Shown: positions 1 through 9,084, counted from the first letter of the stretch. The stretch is DNA of 32,381 nucleotides from a virus (IMGVR_UViG_3300032295_001524:1-32381); one strand, 5' to 3'. Made by a program: numbers and translations. Notes: generated by a model from the sequence alone, not told the origin.

Positions 1-123
1 CGCAGCTGTCCTTTCCGGAACAAATAACGCTGTTCTCTCTCTAACCGTTTAGTAAGTTACAAAATAGTAAGTTTAACCCGGGGGGTGGGGATACAACCTC
101 ACCCCCTTTTTAATAAAAAAAAA
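1..123. repeat. Terminal direct repeat (identical to 32259..32381); most likely the circular-assembly overlap
   Basis: Sequence from cgcagctgtc to taataaaaaaaaa occurs at both ends and includes the end of the major capsid gene. Confidence 0.95.
81..111 (+). terminator. Intrinsic terminator-like hairpin after major capsid gene
   Basis: GGGGGTGGGG-atacaa-CCTCACCCCC followed by TTTTT. Confidence 0.7.
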
Positions 124-125
124 AT

Positions 126-641
126 ATGTGTGTATTAACCACCGGATTTACCCTCGATTGCAAAACCGCATCGGCTGGTATCAAAACAATATGGCTCGTT
201 GAATTTACAGCGAAGTCAACCCTCACTAAATCAAGCGGTGAGGTATCTGCCCACACCTTGTCAGGTGGCAAATCTTATTTCAAGTACGAACTTGAAAAAG
301 AAACCGCCTCAATGACTTGGCGTACAATCCCCTCAACCGAGAACGGCACTGTGTTTTACGAAGCCGACCTCGTTGCTCGTCTGCACAAAGTAACCACCGC
401 CCAGCGTAACGAAATCAAGCTGCTGGCTCAAAACCGTATGCTGGCTATTGCCCTTGATGCAAGCGGTGACTACTGGCTGTTGGGTGCTGACTATGGTGTT
501 CAGTTGCAGCAGAGTGAAAGCAATTTCGGTCAGGCATTTGGTGACTTCAAAGGTCATGTGCTGAACTTTTTGCACAAAGAAACTGATTTGCCTTTGAAAG
601 TTCAATCTTCTGTTGTAACTTCGCTCGCTCTCGGTTCTTGA
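126..641 (+). CDS. Virion structural protein, probable major tail (tube) protein
   Basis: 171 aa, beta-rich, directly after capsid gene and followed by a strong terminator; function inferred from size and synteny. Confidence 0.6.
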   Translation: MCVLTTGFTLDCKTASAGIKTIWLVEFTAKSTLTKSSGEVSAHTLSGGKSYFKYELEKETASMTWRTIPSTENGTVFYEADLVARLHKVTTAQRNEIKLLAQNRMLAIALDASGDYWLLGADYGVQLQQSESNFGQAFGDFKGHVLNFLHKETDLPLKVQSSVVTSLALGS

Positions 642-666
642 TTGATTTGAGTGTTTCATGCAAAGG

Positions 667-691
667 AGGTCACCTACGGGTGGCCTTTTTT
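667..691 (+). terminator. Rho-independent terminator
   Basis: AGGTCACC-tacg-GGTGGCCT then T-run. Confidence 0.85.
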
Positions 692-710
692 GTTTAACAT
701 CAAATCTACC

Positions 711-720
711 TACTTTTATA
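711..720 (+). promoter_or_regulatory. TACTTTTATA motif (putative phage late promoter)
   Basis: Same motif recurs 13-15 nt before start codons at 8351(-), 23831, 29745, 30779 and upstream of the tRNA-like RNA. Confidence 0.55.
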
Positions 721-724
721 GTTG

Positions 725-1102
725 ATGTTATACATCACAAAAAGCGGCACACCTGAACTTATAATCACGGGCAAAGAGAAAGTGACTATTTCTCCCGTGT
801 ATTATTTATTGGTGTTCGAGAGCGAAATGTCGCAGGAACGCAAGGCATTTATCGTGTCGGACAGCAGCACTTCGCCCAACAGATACCAGTTATTTTCATT
901 TGTAGAGGGTAGCAGCACCGCCAAAACGCTTGCCGTAGGTACGCATTATTGGTCATTATACGCACAAACTTCACCGACCAACACAAATTATCTGCTGGCA
1001 AACGAGGAAATCGACAGAGGCCTTGCATATGTTTCTACCAGCCACACCCCATTTAATGACCACGAGGTCAACACAACGATTAAACAGCACAACGTAGGAT
1101 GA
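725..1102 (+). CDS. Hypothetical virion protein
   Basis: ORF in head/neck module; ATG 725 is 14 nt after the TACTTTTAT motif; ATGA overlap with portal. Confidence 0.7.
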   Translation: MLYITKSGTPELIITGKEKVTISPVYYLLVFESEMSQERKAFIVSDSSTSPNRYQLFSFVEGSSTAKTLAVGTHYWSLYAQTSPTNTNYLLANEEIDRGLAYVSTSHTPFNDHEVNTTIKQHNVG

Positions 1103-3018
1103 GTTTTGAACTATTACGCATAAATTTTGCCGAAAGCAAGTTGCCTGTATTCAAAGAGAATAAGAATAAGGGCATAATGTATTACGGGGAAGCCAACGAT
1201 TTCCCACAGCACCTATTGGAATTTTACAACCGTTCGCCAAAACATGGTGCAATCGTACGCCAAAAGGCACGATTTGTAGCAGGTGAGGAAACGATTGTGG
1301 AGGGCAACCCCAACGCTGTTAAGATAATTGATTACGTGAACCCTTACGAGGGTGTGCAGGAGTTCAAAAACAAACTGGCACTTGATTACGAATTGTTTAA
1401 TGGCTTTGCATACGAGGTGCATTACAACAAATTGGGGCAATTAGCGGCACTTTACCACGTGGATTTCAGCAAAGTTCGGACATTAGACCACGACTTGTAT
1501 ATGTACGCAGAGGATTGGAAAAAGGCGAAACATGAGGACATGAAGCATTACCGCCCTTTCAACCCCAAAAAGGCACAGCCAATGGAGGTGCAGTTGTTTT
1601 ACTTCCGTGAATACGCACCGGGGTTGGGTGTTTATCCTCTGCCACCTTATCAGCATTGTTTGCAGTATATTGAAATTGATGTTGAGATAGCAAACTTCCA
1701 CAACAACAACATCCGCAACGGGTTTTCAAACGGTACGTTGGTACAGTTGTTTAAAGGGCAGCCATCGCAGGAAATCGCCTACGAATTTGAGCGTAAGTTC
1801 AAAGCCAAAACAACCGGCACGGACAACGCAGGTGGTGTGCTAATTCAGTTCAATGAAATGAACGAGAAAGAGGCCACCATTAATCACCTGCAACCGAGCG
1901 AAATGGACAAGCAGTTTTTGCAACTCAATGAAACGGTGCAGGATGAAATCTTTGTCGGTCACAACTTCCCCAAGATTTTATTGGGTTACGCAACCGAGGG
2001 CGCACTTGGTCAGCGTAACGAAATGATACAAGCCTATGAGTTGTTGCATAAATCGTACATCAACCGCAGGCAGAACAAAATTGAAACGTGTCTGGAGAAT
2101 ACTCTTGAGGTAATTTATCCCGGCATCCAAATCAGCACCAAAGACAGCGAATTTTTAGCAATTGATTACGTGGCATTGTATGGTGCAGGAATTGCCACCG
2201 TAGATGAAGCCCGTGAGCAGTTAGGATTGGGTGAAAGTGAGCAAAAAGTTATTGATGCAGCGCAGAAAACCATTGACAATATCAACAGTTTGTCGCCATT
2301 GGTAGCAAATAACGTGCTGGCAAACATGACCGTAAATGAAAAACGTGCATTGGCAGGATTGCCACCTATCGAGGGCGGTGATGTGCTGGCAAATACCCCA
2401 AGTGAAGCACCTGAGCCTACCACATTTACAGCAGTAAAAATGAAATGTGAATGTGAAACATGGAAAGACAGCGACATTGAGGTATTTTCTAAGTTCGGTA
2501 TGAGTGCTGATCAGTTTGAAGACGTGCCAATGTTGTTTGCCCTTGACACAAAAGAGAAAAAAGTCCTTGCGGTGGTTACGGCTGATGAAAAAGCCACGGT
2601 GAAAAACATTGCTGATGCCGTAAAATTGGATGAACCAGAGGTAATCGAAATCCTGAAAAAACTGCAATCCGACGGCAAGCTGAACTGGACAAACAACGCA
2701 ATCAAAATCACCGACATTGGCAGGGCAGACATTCAAGATGAGGGACTGCCTAAAATAGAGGTTCGTTACAAATACGATTTAAGCCCTGATGCACCACCTT
2801 TGATGCCCGGTGGAAAGAGCCGTGAGTTTTGTATCAAAATGACCGATTTAAAAAAGCTATACACTCGTGCTGAAATCGACCAAATAAGCGGCATTGTAGG
2901 TTACAACGCATGGCTTCGTCGTGGTGGTTGGTACACTGTTCCAAATAGTGAGCCACCATTGCACATTCCGCATTGTCGGCATGAGTGGTCGCAAAAAGTA
3001 GTAAGGAGAAAATCATAA
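1099..3018 (+). CDS. Portal protein with C-terminal extension
   Basis: 639 aa; SPKHGAIV, YPLPPY, FHNNNIRNGFS, F..KTTGTDNAG and MDKQFLQL segments typical of HK97-type portals; extra winged-helix-like and C...CRHEW tail. Confidence 0.85.
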   Translation: MSFELLRINFAESKLPVFKENKNKGIMYYGEANDFPQHLLEFYNRSPKHGAIVRQKARFVAGEETIVEGNPNAVKIIDYVNPYEGVQEFKNKLALDYELFNGFAYEVHYNKLGQLAALYHVDFSKVRTLDHDLYMYAEDWKKAKHEDMKHYRPFNPKKAQPMEVQLFYFREYAPGLGVYPLPPYQHCLQYIEIDVEIANFHNNNIRNGFSNGTLVQLFKGQPSQEIAYEFERKFKAKTTGTDNAGGVLIQFNEMNEKEATINHLQPSEMDKQFLQLNETVQDEIFVGHNFPKILLGYATEGALGQRNEMIQAYELLHKSYINRRQNKIETCLENTLEVIYPGIQISTKDSEFLAIDYVALYGAGIATVDEAREQLGLGESEQKVIDAAQKTIDNINSLSPLVANNVLANMTVNEKRALAGLPPIEGGDVLANTPSEAPEPTTFTAVKMKCECETWKDSDIEVFSKFGMSADQFEDVPMLFALDTKEKKVLAVVTADEKATVKNIADAVKLDEPEVIEILKKLQSDGKLNWTNNAIKITDIGRADIQDEGLPKIEVRYKYDLSPDAPPLMPGGKSREFCIKMTDLKKLYTRAEIDQISGIVGYNAWLRRGGWYTVPNSEPPLHIPHCRHEWSQKVVRRKS

Positions 3019-3569
3019 TGGCAACATTTGCATATTTCATATCAGAGCAAGACGTCAAAAAGAACACCCCGATTGACGAGAATGTAGACAGCAAGCTGCT
3101 ACAAACAGCCATGCGTACCGCCCAAGACATTTATATTCGGGATATAATCGGCTCAACCCTTTACGATAAACTTTGTGACGACATAAACGGGGCCGGATTG
3201 GCGGGTAATTACCTGACTTTGGTAAACAAATACATCGCACCTTGCCTGTATCACTACGTTATTACGGATAGCATCCTACCCATGACGTTCAAAATGATGA
3301 ATAAATCGGTGGCAACACGTGGTGCAGAGAACGCAAATGCCATTGATGTTGACCAATTACGCATGATTGAGCAGCGTTACCAACAAAAAGCCGAGTATTA
3401 CGGTGAGCGTTTACGCTTGTATCTGTGCGAAAACATGGACTTATTCCCCGAATATCGGACACCTGCACCGGGATTGGACACCATACCACCACAAGAGCAG
3501 GTCATTTTTGGCGGTTTTATGCTGGGCGAGGATGAGGAATATAAATTTTTACGTGGTTTTTTTAGATGA
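3018..3569 (+). CDS. Probable head-tail adaptor/connector
   Basis: Start ATG 3018 (MATFAYFISEQDVKK); helical 183 aa directly after portal. Confidence 0.6.
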   Translation: MATFAYFISEQDVKKNTPIDENVDSKLLQTAMRTAQDIYIRDIIGSTLYDKLCDDINGAGLAGNYLTLVNKYIAPCLYHYVITDSILPMTFKMMNKSVATRGAENANAIDVDQLRMIEQRYQQKAEYYGERLRLYLCENMDLFPEYRTPAPGLDTIPPQEQVIFGGFMLGEDEEYKFLRGFFR

Positions 3570-3614
3570 ACAAAGTACGTATAAAGAACGAAAACAAATT
3601 AAAGGTATTTTTAA

Positions 3615-4079
3615 GTGGTAACAATCAATCAGCTACTGGCAGCACTGACAAGAGCAGGGCAAAATCACAAGCAGATAAAGGCAACAATCGTTAATGTTGA
3701 GCCAAACATCAACACAAACGGTGAGCAGCTTTATCCGTTGATGCGGATTTTTCCTGACGGCTCGCAAGTGACCGTTGACAAGGTGATTTATCGGTTTGCC
3801 GTTGCTATTGCTGACCGCCACCGGGAAGATTTTACCGATGCGGTGGAACGTATCAGCGATATGCATACAGTCATGCTTGATATTTACTCGATGCTACGTT
3901 ATGTTTATCGTGGCAACATTGCAGGAACGTGGGTAATAGCCGACAGCATCACTCCGTTTTATGATGCACAAACCGACATCGTTTCTGGTGTGGCTTGTGT
4001 AATAGAATTTCACTGCTCTAATCTCCGTGATTATTGCGATACACCTAATAACAATTTAACATTTCCAACAATAGAATAA
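3615..4079 (+). CDS. Probable tail terminator/completion protein
   Basis: 154 aa, YPLMRI motif, position after adaptor. Confidence 0.5.
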   Translation: MVTINQLLAALTRAGQNHKQIKATIVNVEPNINTNGEQLYPLMRIFPDGSQVTVDKVIYRFAVAIADRHREDFTDAVERISDMHTVMLDIYSMLRYVYRGNIAGTWVIADSITPFYDAQTDIVSGVACVIEFHCSNLRDYCDTPNNNLTFPTIE

Positions 4080-4080
4080 T

Positions 4081-4350
4081 ATGTCAACTTCATTAGAATT
4101 TATGAGCGGCTTTACTGGCTGCAAAGTTATCAGCAACACATCCGCAAACACTGGCCGTTTTCAAGGTTTTGTAGTTAATGCCGATGCGGTGGTTTCTGCC
4201 TGTCTTGACGAGAATAGTGCATCATTGATGACCACAATCGGACTGACTGGCGTAACCTTAAAGCAAGGCACATTCATCAGCGTACAAGAGGGCAAGTACA
4301 TCAGCAGCATCACGCTGACAAGTGGTAGCATCGTAGCATACAACGTATGA
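4081..4350 (+). CDS. Small beta-rich virion protein
   Basis: 89 aa ending SITLTSGSIVAY, tightly coupled in the structural operon. Confidence 0.65.
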   Translation: MSTSLEFMSGFTGCKVISNTSANTGRFQGFVVNADAVVSACLDENSASLMTTIGLTGVTLKQGTFISVQEGKYISSITLTSGSIVAYNV

Positions 4351-5216
4351 TAAGGCGGGGCATAGGTGTTCAGCCATATACTGCCGTTATTGGTGGGGTA
4401 ATTCCATTGCTTGATACTTATGGTTCGGCTGCTGCGGCTTATAGCGTAAGAAAATTGCGTACATTATACACGGGCAATGCTATACGAGTGCGTAGGTCAT
4501 CTGATAACACCGAGCAGGATATTGGATTTGACATCAATGGTAATTTAAATGAAAGTGCATTGACTACATTTGTTGGTGCTGGTAATGGATTTGTCACTAC
4601 TTGGTATGACCAGAGTGGTAACGGCAGAAATGTGACACAAGAAACAGCAACTTCGCAGCCGCAAATTATACAATCCGGTTCTTTAATCACAGAAAATTCA
4701 AGAGCCAGCATAAGATTTGACGGCAGCAATGATTTTTTGTTTAATACAACAAAAGGTTTTGCCGTAAACAATATCACTCACTTTGCCGTAAGTACTCGTG
4801 ACACAACTGGGGTATTTCAACCAATTTTCTCTACTGGTATTTTATCAGGTAGCATAGGTTTTGGTTTTTATTATACCAACACAAATTTGCTTACACAACA
4901 AACACGAGATGCCGTAAATGTTAATTCTATTGGTGATTATGCAAATACACAAGGAAATTTAAATTTAATTAGTGCGGTTAATACAACTACAACTATCAAT
5001 GTTTATTTTAATGGAGTAAATAACGTAAATGCTAATCACGCCATATCTGGTAATTCTAATGGCTATATGGCATTTGGGACAAGATTTGATAGTTCAAATA
5101 GTAATCTTTTTGCATTAAACGGCAAAGTTTCTGAATATATTTTTTGGCAAAATAATTTGTCGGCCAATTTAGATGCAATTGAAATCGATGTAAATAATTA
5201 TTATACAATTTACTGA
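4347..5216 (+). CDS. Putative receptor-binding protein, ConA/LamG-like (arabinofuranosidase-B catalytic-like N-terminus)
   Basis: AAAAYSVRKL...AIRVRRSSDNTEQDIGF...GFVTTWYDQSGNG and F.G.ND.L motifs; AT-rich C-terminal half. Confidence 0.7.
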   Translation: MIRRGIGVQPYTAVIGGVIPLLDTYGSAAAAYSVRKLRTLYTGNAIRVRRSSDNTEQDIGFDINGNLNESALTTFVGAGNGFVTTWYDQSGNGRNVTQETATSQPQIIQSGSLITENSRASIRFDGSNDFLFNTTKGFAVNNITHFAVSTRDTTGVFQPIFSTGILSGSIGFGFYYTNTNLLTQQTRDAVNVNSIGDYANTQGNLNLISAVNTTTTINVYFNGVNNVNANHAISGNSNGYMAFGTRFDSSNSNLFALNGKVSEYIFWQNNLSANLDAIEIDVNNYYTIY

Positions 5217-5446
5217 TGCTTGGATATAAATATAATACAGAAGATGAAGCAATCACAGCACGTGAAGCGTGTGATGCTTTTTATGGAATACCCGTTGCAC
5301 CTGATGATGTTACACAAAACTGGGTTGAGTATTCATTTGCATCAATGAACATACCACAATTTTGGTTTATTGTTTATGATGAAAGTTTGCTGCCTGTTTT
5401 TGGTGAGCCGATTGAATTTGATGTAATAACACCTCCCTTCCCGTGA
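5216..5446 (+). CDS. Small acidic protein, possible fibre chaperone
   Basis: 76 aa coupled to the lectin-like gene. Confidence 0.6.
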   Translation: MLGYKYNTEDEAITAREACDAFYGIPVAPDDVTQNWVEYSFASMNIPQFWFIVYDESLLPVFGEPIEFDVITPPFP

Positions 5447-5451
5447 AAAAT

Positions 5452-5601
5452 ATGAATGAAACAATAGTGGGTAGTTGGTTATTGTGGTTGGCAGGGGCTG
5501 CGGCAAAGTTGCTGCCCATTATTCAATTCCTTTCGTTTACCGCAGCACTCGTGCTGTCTTGCATAGGCATTTACAAGTTTTTCAAAAATGGCAAAAAGTA
5601 A
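5452..5601 (+). CDS. Small membrane protein (holin/antiholin-like)
   Basis: Read by hand: MNETIVGSWLLWLAGAAAKLLPIIQFLSFTAALVLSCIGIYKFFKNGKK (49 aa), hydrophobic with a basic tail. Confidence 0.65.
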   Translation: MNETIVGSWLLWLAGAAAKLLPIIQFLSFTAALVLSCIGIYKFFKNGKK

Positions 5602-5707
5602 GGAGATAAGCAAATGGACACCCAAACCAAAAAAGAGATTGGGCAGACACACGAAGTCAGCGAACAAGCACAAGTCAGCAAAACCCTACCGAGGACAAGG
5701 AAGATGA
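5588..5707 (+). CDS. Small basic protein ending KPYRGQGR
   Basis: Read by hand: MAKSKEISKWTPKPKKRLGRHTKSANKHKSAKPYRGQGR (39 aa); ATGA overlap with the next gene. Confidence 0.65.
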   Translation: MAKSKEISKWTPKPKKRLGRHTKSANKHKSAKPYRGQGR

Positions 5708-5883
5708 AATTGAAAAACTACTTCTCACCAACGCCAAAGCGGTTCCGGGTTTTAGGTGATAGCATCGCTGCTGCATCTTTGTTTGTTGCTGGGTTAAACC
5801 TTGACCACCCCAAACTGATGTTGTTGTGCGGTGTGCTGGGTGCAGTCGGCAAATTTGTGACAAACTTTTTTGCAGATGAATGA
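5704..5883 (+). CDS. Putative holin
   Basis: MKLKNYFSPTPKRFRVLGD... with two hydrophobic helices; start 5704 preferred over 5614. Confidence 0.6.
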   Translation: MKLKNYFSPTPKRFRVLGDSIAAASLFVAGLNLDHPKLMLLCGVLGAVGKFVTNFFADE

Positions 5884-6398
5884 GGTGGGTAAATGCAGGC
5901 ATTATTGTTTTTCTGCTTTTTTTCCTTGTGTTTAGCACTCGGAGTTGTGAGGATGCAATCCAAACACGGCAAAATGTAGATACGATGCAAGGCAAGGTTG
6001 ACAAATACAAGGCAGAGATTGACAGCTTGAAAGCCGAGTATTTAACCCTGCTGAACAGCCGTGCAGTTAAAATCAAAACCTTGCGTGAAATAAGGACAAA
6101 ATATGTCCACGATACGTTGACCATTGAGGCACTCGTTGGCGACACTTCTGGCATTGCAAATCTGCTGTCTGAAAATGCCCTGATGAAAGAGATTATTTTT
6201 GAGGATAGTTTAATAATTGCAAATCAAGGTCAGGTGGTTATTTATCAAGATAGCGTTATTTCGCATTTAGAAGCGATTACAGCCAGTCAAAAAGAAATGA
6301 TGAATGATTGTGCCAAACAAGTAAAAAAACAGCGTGTAAAGACGAATTTCTGGAAAACCGTTGCCGTTGTGTTTGGATTGGTTGCCGTTGCAAAGTAA
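5880..6398 (+). CDS. Membrane-anchored coiled-coil protein, spanin-like
   Basis: N-terminal TM, coiled coil, C-terminal hydrophobic segment; in lysis cluster. Confidence 0.5.
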   Translation: MRWVNAGIIVFLLFFLVFSTRSCEDAIQTRQNVDTMQGKVDKYKAEIDSLKAEYLTLLNSRAVKIKTLREIRTKYVHDTLTIEALVGDTSGIANLLSENALMKEIIFEDSLIIANQGQVVIYQDSVISHLEAITASQKEMMNDCAKQVKKQRVKTNFWKTVAVVFGLVAVAK

Positions 6399-6403
6399 CT
6401 TTG
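6372..6403 (+). promoter_or_regulatory. Bacteroidota sigma-A-type promoter
   Basis: TTTG-N20-TAACTTTG, ATG 4 nt downstream. Confidence 0.55.
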
Positions 6404-6407
6404 TAGA

Positions 6408-6617
6408 ATGTTTACACTAATTAAACAGCAAGGCATACAAGATTTTTACTATTGCAAAGACGGGCAATGGCATCCATCTGCCGAACTTAATGCGGTGATA
6501 AAACCCTGCGTTTACCGCACGGAAAACGATGCACGGAAAGCATGGGGGCGGATGGGAAAGCCTGCAATTACGTTCTGCCAAGAGATAAAAACAAGGGATA
6601 AAAAACTACTCGCATGA
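6408..6617 (+). CDS. Hypothetical protein
   Basis: 69 aa ORF, ATGA overlap with endolysin. Confidence 0.6.
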   Translation: MFTLIKQQGIQDFYYCKDGQWHPSAELNAVIKPCVYRTENDARKAWGRMGKPAITFCQEIKTRDKKLLA

Positions 6618-7234
6618 AAAACCTGCAAATATACCTGAACACAAAAGGAGCAAAAATTGCCAATGACGGGGTGATTGGCTCACAAACAATCAATGCACTT
6701 GACAACTACATAAAAGCCGAAATAAAGGCCCGCAAATACGTGATGCCGGTTGATGGGTTGGTGTGGTTGCGTACGGATATGGTGTTCAGTAATAAATTCG
6801 ATGATTTTGTGGTATGCTACAAAAACGGCAGGATTGTGTATGTGGCACCGGCATCCACAACGGCTGGTGATTTTTACGTTTACAATCCTTTGACCGTTGG
6901 CGGTGTTACTGGCACAGCCGTTGCCGTTGCACAACAAGTCACAAATTCGCACAGATTTGTGACAGGTGCAAACTGGAAAAACCTTTGGCTTGGCGCACCT
7001 TACTTTCAGCAGATTTTACCGATTACCATTCAAAGAGACGGCAACAAAAATAATTTAGTTGACGGGGTAACAAAGCAATTCGGTCTTTATGGCATAAACT
7101 TCCACCGGGCAGGTATAGGAAACTTTGTAAACAAGTGGTCAGCAGGTTGCCAAACAGTGCCTGATGCACACTGGTTTGAAATAATCAAACGATTTAACCC
7201 AGGTCAGGTTATTGACTTCACTTTGTTAGATTGA
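6614..7234 (+). CDS. Putative endolysin (YkuD/L,D-transpeptidase-like His-Cys motif)
   Basis: N-terminal DGVIGSQT peptidoglycan-binding-like motif; GINFHRA...WSAGCQ catalytic-like motif; end of lysis cluster. Confidence 0.65.
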   Translation: MKNLQIYLNTKGAKIANDGVIGSQTINALDNYIKAEIKARKYVMPVDGLVWLRTDMVFSNKFDDFVVCYKNGRIVYVAPASTTAGDFYVYNPLTVGGVTGTAVAVAQQVTNSHRFVTGANWKNLWLGAPYFQQILPITIQRDGNKNNLVDGVTKQFGLYGINFHRAGIGNFVNKWSAGCQTVPDAHWFEIIKRFNPGQVIDFTLLD

Positions 7235-7492
7235 TACAGCAGCAATTCTATCCACAAGGGTTGCCATGTCTAATTTGCATAGATAAGCAAATTCACCGCA
7301 ATATATGACGGTGAGCGGTTTTTTTGCAGTACTCCTTGTATCGGTTGTAATTGCATCGACTTTGTAAAAACAAACGATAAATGTTTGTTCGTCGTATGGG
7401 TCAACCGAATTGGTTTTTAAACCCATGTTTTGAAGCATCTCGTCTTGTTCGTCACCTGCAATGACTTCAAGGCATAAAGGTATTTTAAACAT
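7226..7492 (-). CDS. Hypothetical protein
   Basis: 88 aa, coupled to phosphoesterase. Confidence 0.6.
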   Translation of the reverse strand: MFKIPLCLEVIAGDEQDEMLQNMGLKTNSVDPYDEQTFIVCFYKVDAITTDTRSTAKKPLTVIYCGEFAYLCKLDMATLVDRIAAVSI

Positions 7493-8351
7493 AGTATTGT
7501 TGGCAAAAAGTAAATTCGGGTATCACTTCGTTTTCACGGTAATTAGCTGTAAGTGTTAGCCACATACTTCCAAGCGGTTTGAATGGGCGGCCTTTTTCTA
7601 CGTGAAAGCCACCGAACCCGTCTTCGTATTCCTCTTTATAGGTTGATGTTCTTATTTGGTGAACACTCCGTGCCTTTATTCTCTTTTGGTGGCTGTCATA
7701 GGTTTCAACCGGGTTAATGTGGTGGTATAGTTCGTGAACGTGGCCTTGCCATATACAATCATAACCCTCCATTGATGCCATCATTCGTTGGTCTTGGATA
7801 ACACCTTTTGTCACAGCACCTCCGCCACCGTGTCCGTGATGATATCGGAGTGTCCATTTACGCCTTTGCCCTGCTGCATCAAGTTGAAATTTAAAATCTA
7901 CTACCCCACCATAACCCCCAGCGTAAAGATTAGCCGCATGTGTCGTGTTGAATAGGTCAACAAAGCGTTGGATTGGATCCGTTTCAAGTGCTTTTAGGAT
8001 TGCCGTTTCGTGGTTGCCATAACCTACCAGCAGGATGTGGTCTTTGTACGGAGCAAACCAATCGACCGCATCATGAATAACCGCATCGATATAATTGGCT
8101 TTGTTGTGTTCTGGCCGGATGTCTTTCTTTGACCTACGTGGGTCATATTTGCCTTGCATCATGCAAAAAGTGTCACCGTTTAAAATGATTTTGCAGTCAC
8201 GTTTTACCGCTTCATCCATGTGGTTTTTGAGTAAATCCCTGTCACACTTGGGGTTATCCCAGTGCAGGTCACTCATAAGAAGCAGTTTGATTGATTTTTC
8301 GCAGTACACCGCATGGATGTTGCGAGAGATACGCTTAGTTTCTTTCAGCAT
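7485..8351 (-). CDS. Calcineurin-like metallophosphoesterase
   Basis: SDLH, NGD, GNHE, HHGHG, GHVH motifs. Confidence 0.85.
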   Translation of the reverse strand: MLKETKRISRNIHAVYCEKSIKLLLMSDLHWDNPKCDRDLLKNHMDEAVKRDCKIILNGDTFCMMQGKYDPRRSKKDIRPEHNKANYIDAVIHDAVDWFAPYKDHILLVGYGNHETAILKALETDPIQRFVDLFNTTHAANLYAGGYGGVVDFKFQLDAAGQRRKWTLRYHHGHGGGGAVTKGVIQDQRMMASMEGYDCIWQGHVHELYHHINPVETYDSHQKRIKARSVHQIRTSTYKEEYEDGFGGFHVEKGRPFKPLGSMWLTLTANYRENEVIPEFTFCQQYYV

Positions 8352-8369
8352 CTACCTATAAAAGTAGAA

Positions 8370-8459
8370 TTATTTACAGTTGTTGCTGATGTCGGTCAAA
8401 AAGTCCACCAAAGCCAATGCAGCAGGGGATAAAAAAATTATGCTTGCAATCAATTCCAT
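8370..8459 (-). CDS. Small hydrophobic peptide
   Basis: MELIASIIFLSPAALALVDFLTDISNNCK (29 aa), read by hand. Confidence 0.35.
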   Translation of the reverse strand: MELIASIIFLSPAALALVDFLTDISNNCK

Positions 8460-8512
8460 ATACCCGATAAGGTACGATTTTGTTTATACTAAGTGGTATT
8501 ATACCCGATAGG

Positions 8513-8582
8513 TGATAACAAAGTGCAAGCGTAACCAATGTATATTTAAATGCTTATGGCTGCGCCTGCACGACTGTTAGTA
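8513..8582. repeat. attC-like imperfect inverted repeat A
   Basis: TGATAAC...GTGCAAGCGTAACC / GGCTGCGCCTGCAC...GTTAGTA. Confidence 0.55.
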
Positions 8583-8586
8583 GCAA

Positions 8587-8844
8587 TTATTTTTTGCTAC
8601 GTTCTGCACAAAATTTACAATTCTCCTTATGAGTAATCATCCTACTTCTATCGTAATCAGCTAAAAGATATTCGCAACTATCTATGGTTATAATTGTAAA
8701 TTCTTCTTGACTACTATAACCGTTTTCATCAAACCAATGTATGTCAATTCTTTTAGCGGAAATGATTTTTTCTTTTTTCTGTTTCGTTTTTAAATTCAAC
8801 TTTTGTGCTTCGTATTGGGCTTTCGTGCTGAAAGTCCGCCACAT
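8587..8844 (-). CDS. Hypothetical protein (cassette-like)
   Basis: 85 aa, C-terminal HKENCKFC; stop 4 nt before hairpin A. Confidence 0.55.
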   Translation of the reverse strand: MWRTFSTKAQYEAQKLNLKTKQKKEKIISAKRIDIHWFDENGYSSQEEFTIITIDSCEYLLADYDRSRMITHKENCKFCAERSKK

Positions 8845-8885
8845 CGTATAGCACCGATACGTTATGTTGAATTAAAACGATAATA

Positions 8886-9074
8886 TCAAGACATTAACCA
8901 TTTAACAAATCTAGTGAAATAATCTTTATCTTTAAAATTTTGTGTAAAAAATTGATAATACCAACTAACATTGGAAAGTTTATAAAATAACATTCCTACA
9001 AACAAAAAGATAAAGATTACAAATATTACAATAAAATATTTCATAATTTTTGTTTTACATTCGTTTATACTCAA
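8886..9074 (-). CDS. Small membrane protein
   Basis: Very AT-rich, one TM helix. Confidence 0.5.
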   Translation of the reverse strand: MSINECKTKIMKYFIVIFVIFIFLFVGMLFYKLSNVSWYYQFFTQNFKDKDYFTRFVKWLMS

Positions 9075-9084
9075 CCATTATGAT

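Noticed and set aside
49-73. TAGTAAGTT direct repeat after the capsid stop
   Set aside because: Short and AT-rich with only two copies; too weak to call.
1-123. Biological terminal repeat
   Set aside because: It cuts through the capsid gene end and its length fits an assembler overlap; without reads it cannot be called a physical DTR.
4347-5216. Diversity-generating retroelement target
   Set aside because: No reverse transcriptase and no template/variable repeat pair seen.
5614-5703. N-terminal extension of the holin
   Set aside because: It overlaps the YRGQGR ORF; the ATGA-coupled start at 5704 fits better.
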